A stretch of DNA of 64,000 bases from an uncultured Chroococcidiopsis sp. (lineage in GTDB: Bacteria > Cyanobacteriota > Cyanobacteriia > Cyanobacteriales > Chroococcidiopsidaceae), in contig CAXTYC010000012.1 in the NCBI GenBank assembly GCA_964248365.1, positions 1 to 64,000 of the forward strand, in the 5' to 3' direction. Both the position numbers and the translations under genes were made by a program. Under the pieces are notes generated by a model. That model ran no database searches. It was not told the origin of the DNA and worked only from the letters and a program-made list of their open reading frames with translations. Positions 62,766-64,000 of the stretch are shown one piece after another; positions within the stretch are counted from its first letter, which is position 1; the number at the start of each line of letters is the position of its first letter.

Positions 62766-64000
62766 ATGTCAACTCCTATGTTAGATAATCGTTACCGAAT
62801 TCTTCGGGAATTAGCAGAGGGTGGGTTTGGTAGAACTTTCTTAGCAGAAAATACACAAATGCCTTCGTGCAAAAAGTGTGTTATTAAGATGCTTAAACCC
62901 CTAGATAATAACCCGCAAATTTATCAGTTAGTACAAGAACGATTTCACCGAGAAGCGGCAATATTAGAAGAACTAGGTGATAATAATAATCAAATACCTC
63001 GGCTGTATGACAAGTTTGAAGAAGCTGGGCGGTTCTACCTGGTAGAAGAGTGGATTCAAGGTCAAACTCTTGGCAACATACAGGCACAGTTCGGGATAGC
63101 AAGCGAAAATCTAGTCAAGAACATCTTGCTTAGCATTTTACCAGTGCTGCAATATATTCATAGCAAAGGTATTATGCACCGAGATATTAAGCCAGATAAT
63201 ATTATTGTACGATTAGCAGATGGCTTGCCTGTCTTAATTGATTTTGGGGCAGTCAAGGAAACAATGGGAACAGTGATGTCAAATTCGGGTAACGTCACTA
63301 GTTCGATTGTGATTGGAACCCCAGGATTTATGCCCAGCGAACAAGCTGCGGGTCGTCCTTTATTTGCTAGTGACTTGTATAGTTTGGGGTTAACAGCGAT
63401 TTATTTGCTTACAGGCAAAATACCCCAAGAACTGGAAACAAACCCGCTCACAGGTGAAATTTTATGGCAAAAACACGCTTACAATGTGAGTCCGAGTTTT
63501 GCCGCTATCTTGGATAAAGCGATTCATCCCTCAGCACGAGAGCGTTACATGAACGCGCCAGCCATGCTATCCGCTTTGCAGGCTATTCCTCCACCGTCAA
63601 TGTCAACACAACCACCATCAGGCGGTTCTTACTCCCCAAGTCCTACGATTCCATCCAATCCGCCACCTGGGTCAGGTATGGTAGGTGGTGGAGGTACATT
63701 CAATACCTTCGTTGCTATACCTCCTGAGATTTTAGGCTGGAACTGGGGAGCTGCTCTGACATTTGGCTTGTGGAGCTTTACTAATAAAGTTTGGATTGGG
63801 CTACTAGTGTTGGTATCCTTGTTCGGCTCCTGGTGGCTATTATTCGCACTCTTGATTCTTATTGTGATGCCCTTCGTACTGGGTGCGAAAGGCAATGTCT
63901 GGGCTTGGAGAAGTCGCCAATGGCGCAGTGTTCAGTATTTTAAATCCCATCAAAGAGCTTGGGCAAAAGCGGGAATAATCATTTTCCCCGTCTTTATTGT
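62766..64000 (+). CDS. Ser/Thr protein kinase with C-terminal membrane domain (runs off the window; not in the ORF track)
   Basis: MSTPMLDNRYRILRELAEGGFG...HRDIKPDN...DFG...GTPGFMPSEQ...GWNWGA; frame open to the end. Confidence 0.9.
   Translation, partial: MSTPMLDNRYRILRELAEGGFGRTFLAENTQMPSCKKCVIKMLKPLDNNPQIYQLVQERFHREAAILEELGDNNNQIPRLYDKFEEAGRFYLVEEWIQGQTLGNIQAQFGIASENLVKNILLSILPVLQYIHSKGIMHRDIKPDNIIVRLADGLPVLIDFGAVKETMGTVMSNSGNVTSSIVIGTPGFMPSEQAAGRPLFASDLYSLGLTAIYLLTGKIPQELETNPLTGEILWQKHAYNVSPSFAAILDKAIHPSARERYMNAPAMLSALQAIPPPSMSTQPPSGGSYSPSPTIPSNPPPGSGMVGGGGTFNTFVAIPPEILGWNWGAALTFGLWSFTNKVWIGLLVLVSLFGSWWLLFALLILIVMPFVLGAKGNVWAWRSRQWRSVQYFKSHQRAWAKAGIIIFPVFI

Noticed and set aside
1..64000. 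rRNA, tRNA or CRISPR arrays
   Set aside because: None recognised by eye; tRNAscan-SE or Infernal would be needed to exclude them formally.

Overview
Cyanobacterial chromosomal segment, judged from abundant HIP1 GCGATCGC sites, heptamer tandem repeats, psbX, ycf66 and cyAbrB. Bases 1-8.8 kb are a nest of decayed mobile elements. An IS200/IS605 tnpB gene is interrupted by a group II intron and by a Tn554-like three-gene tyrosine-recombinase element. The intron was itself hit by IS701 and two IS5/ISL2 copies, one of which carries an IS4. The Tn554-like element carries a ~110-bp mini-element that recurs at 35.4 kb. Bases 8.9-43 kb are mostly core genes (ubiX, aroK, sfsA, pgi, amino-acid ABC subunits, ureE/F, holA, cbiC/cbiET, sdhB, ycf66, psbX, pdxH, argB), with a small accessory island at 16.5-21.1 kb. 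Bases 43.5-51.4 kb hold the most notable locus, a compact RiPP cluster: HlyD adaptor, double-Gly precursor with a Ser/Lys/Cys-rich core, APH-type kinase, HopA1-like lyase and C39 peptidase ABC exporter. This is a class V lanthipeptide-like split dehydratase with no visible cyclase, and there is a possible relic second precursor. Bases 51.7-57.2 kb are an accessory island (MoxR-type AAA+, HEXXH-vWA protein, DUF6915-like protein, HIP1-bounded duplicated RHH module). The window ends with a Ser/Thr kinase, an FHA-ABC transporter and a second Ser/Thr kinase. No rRNA, tRNA or CRISPR array was recognised. All family assignments come from motif recognition by eye, not from database searches.
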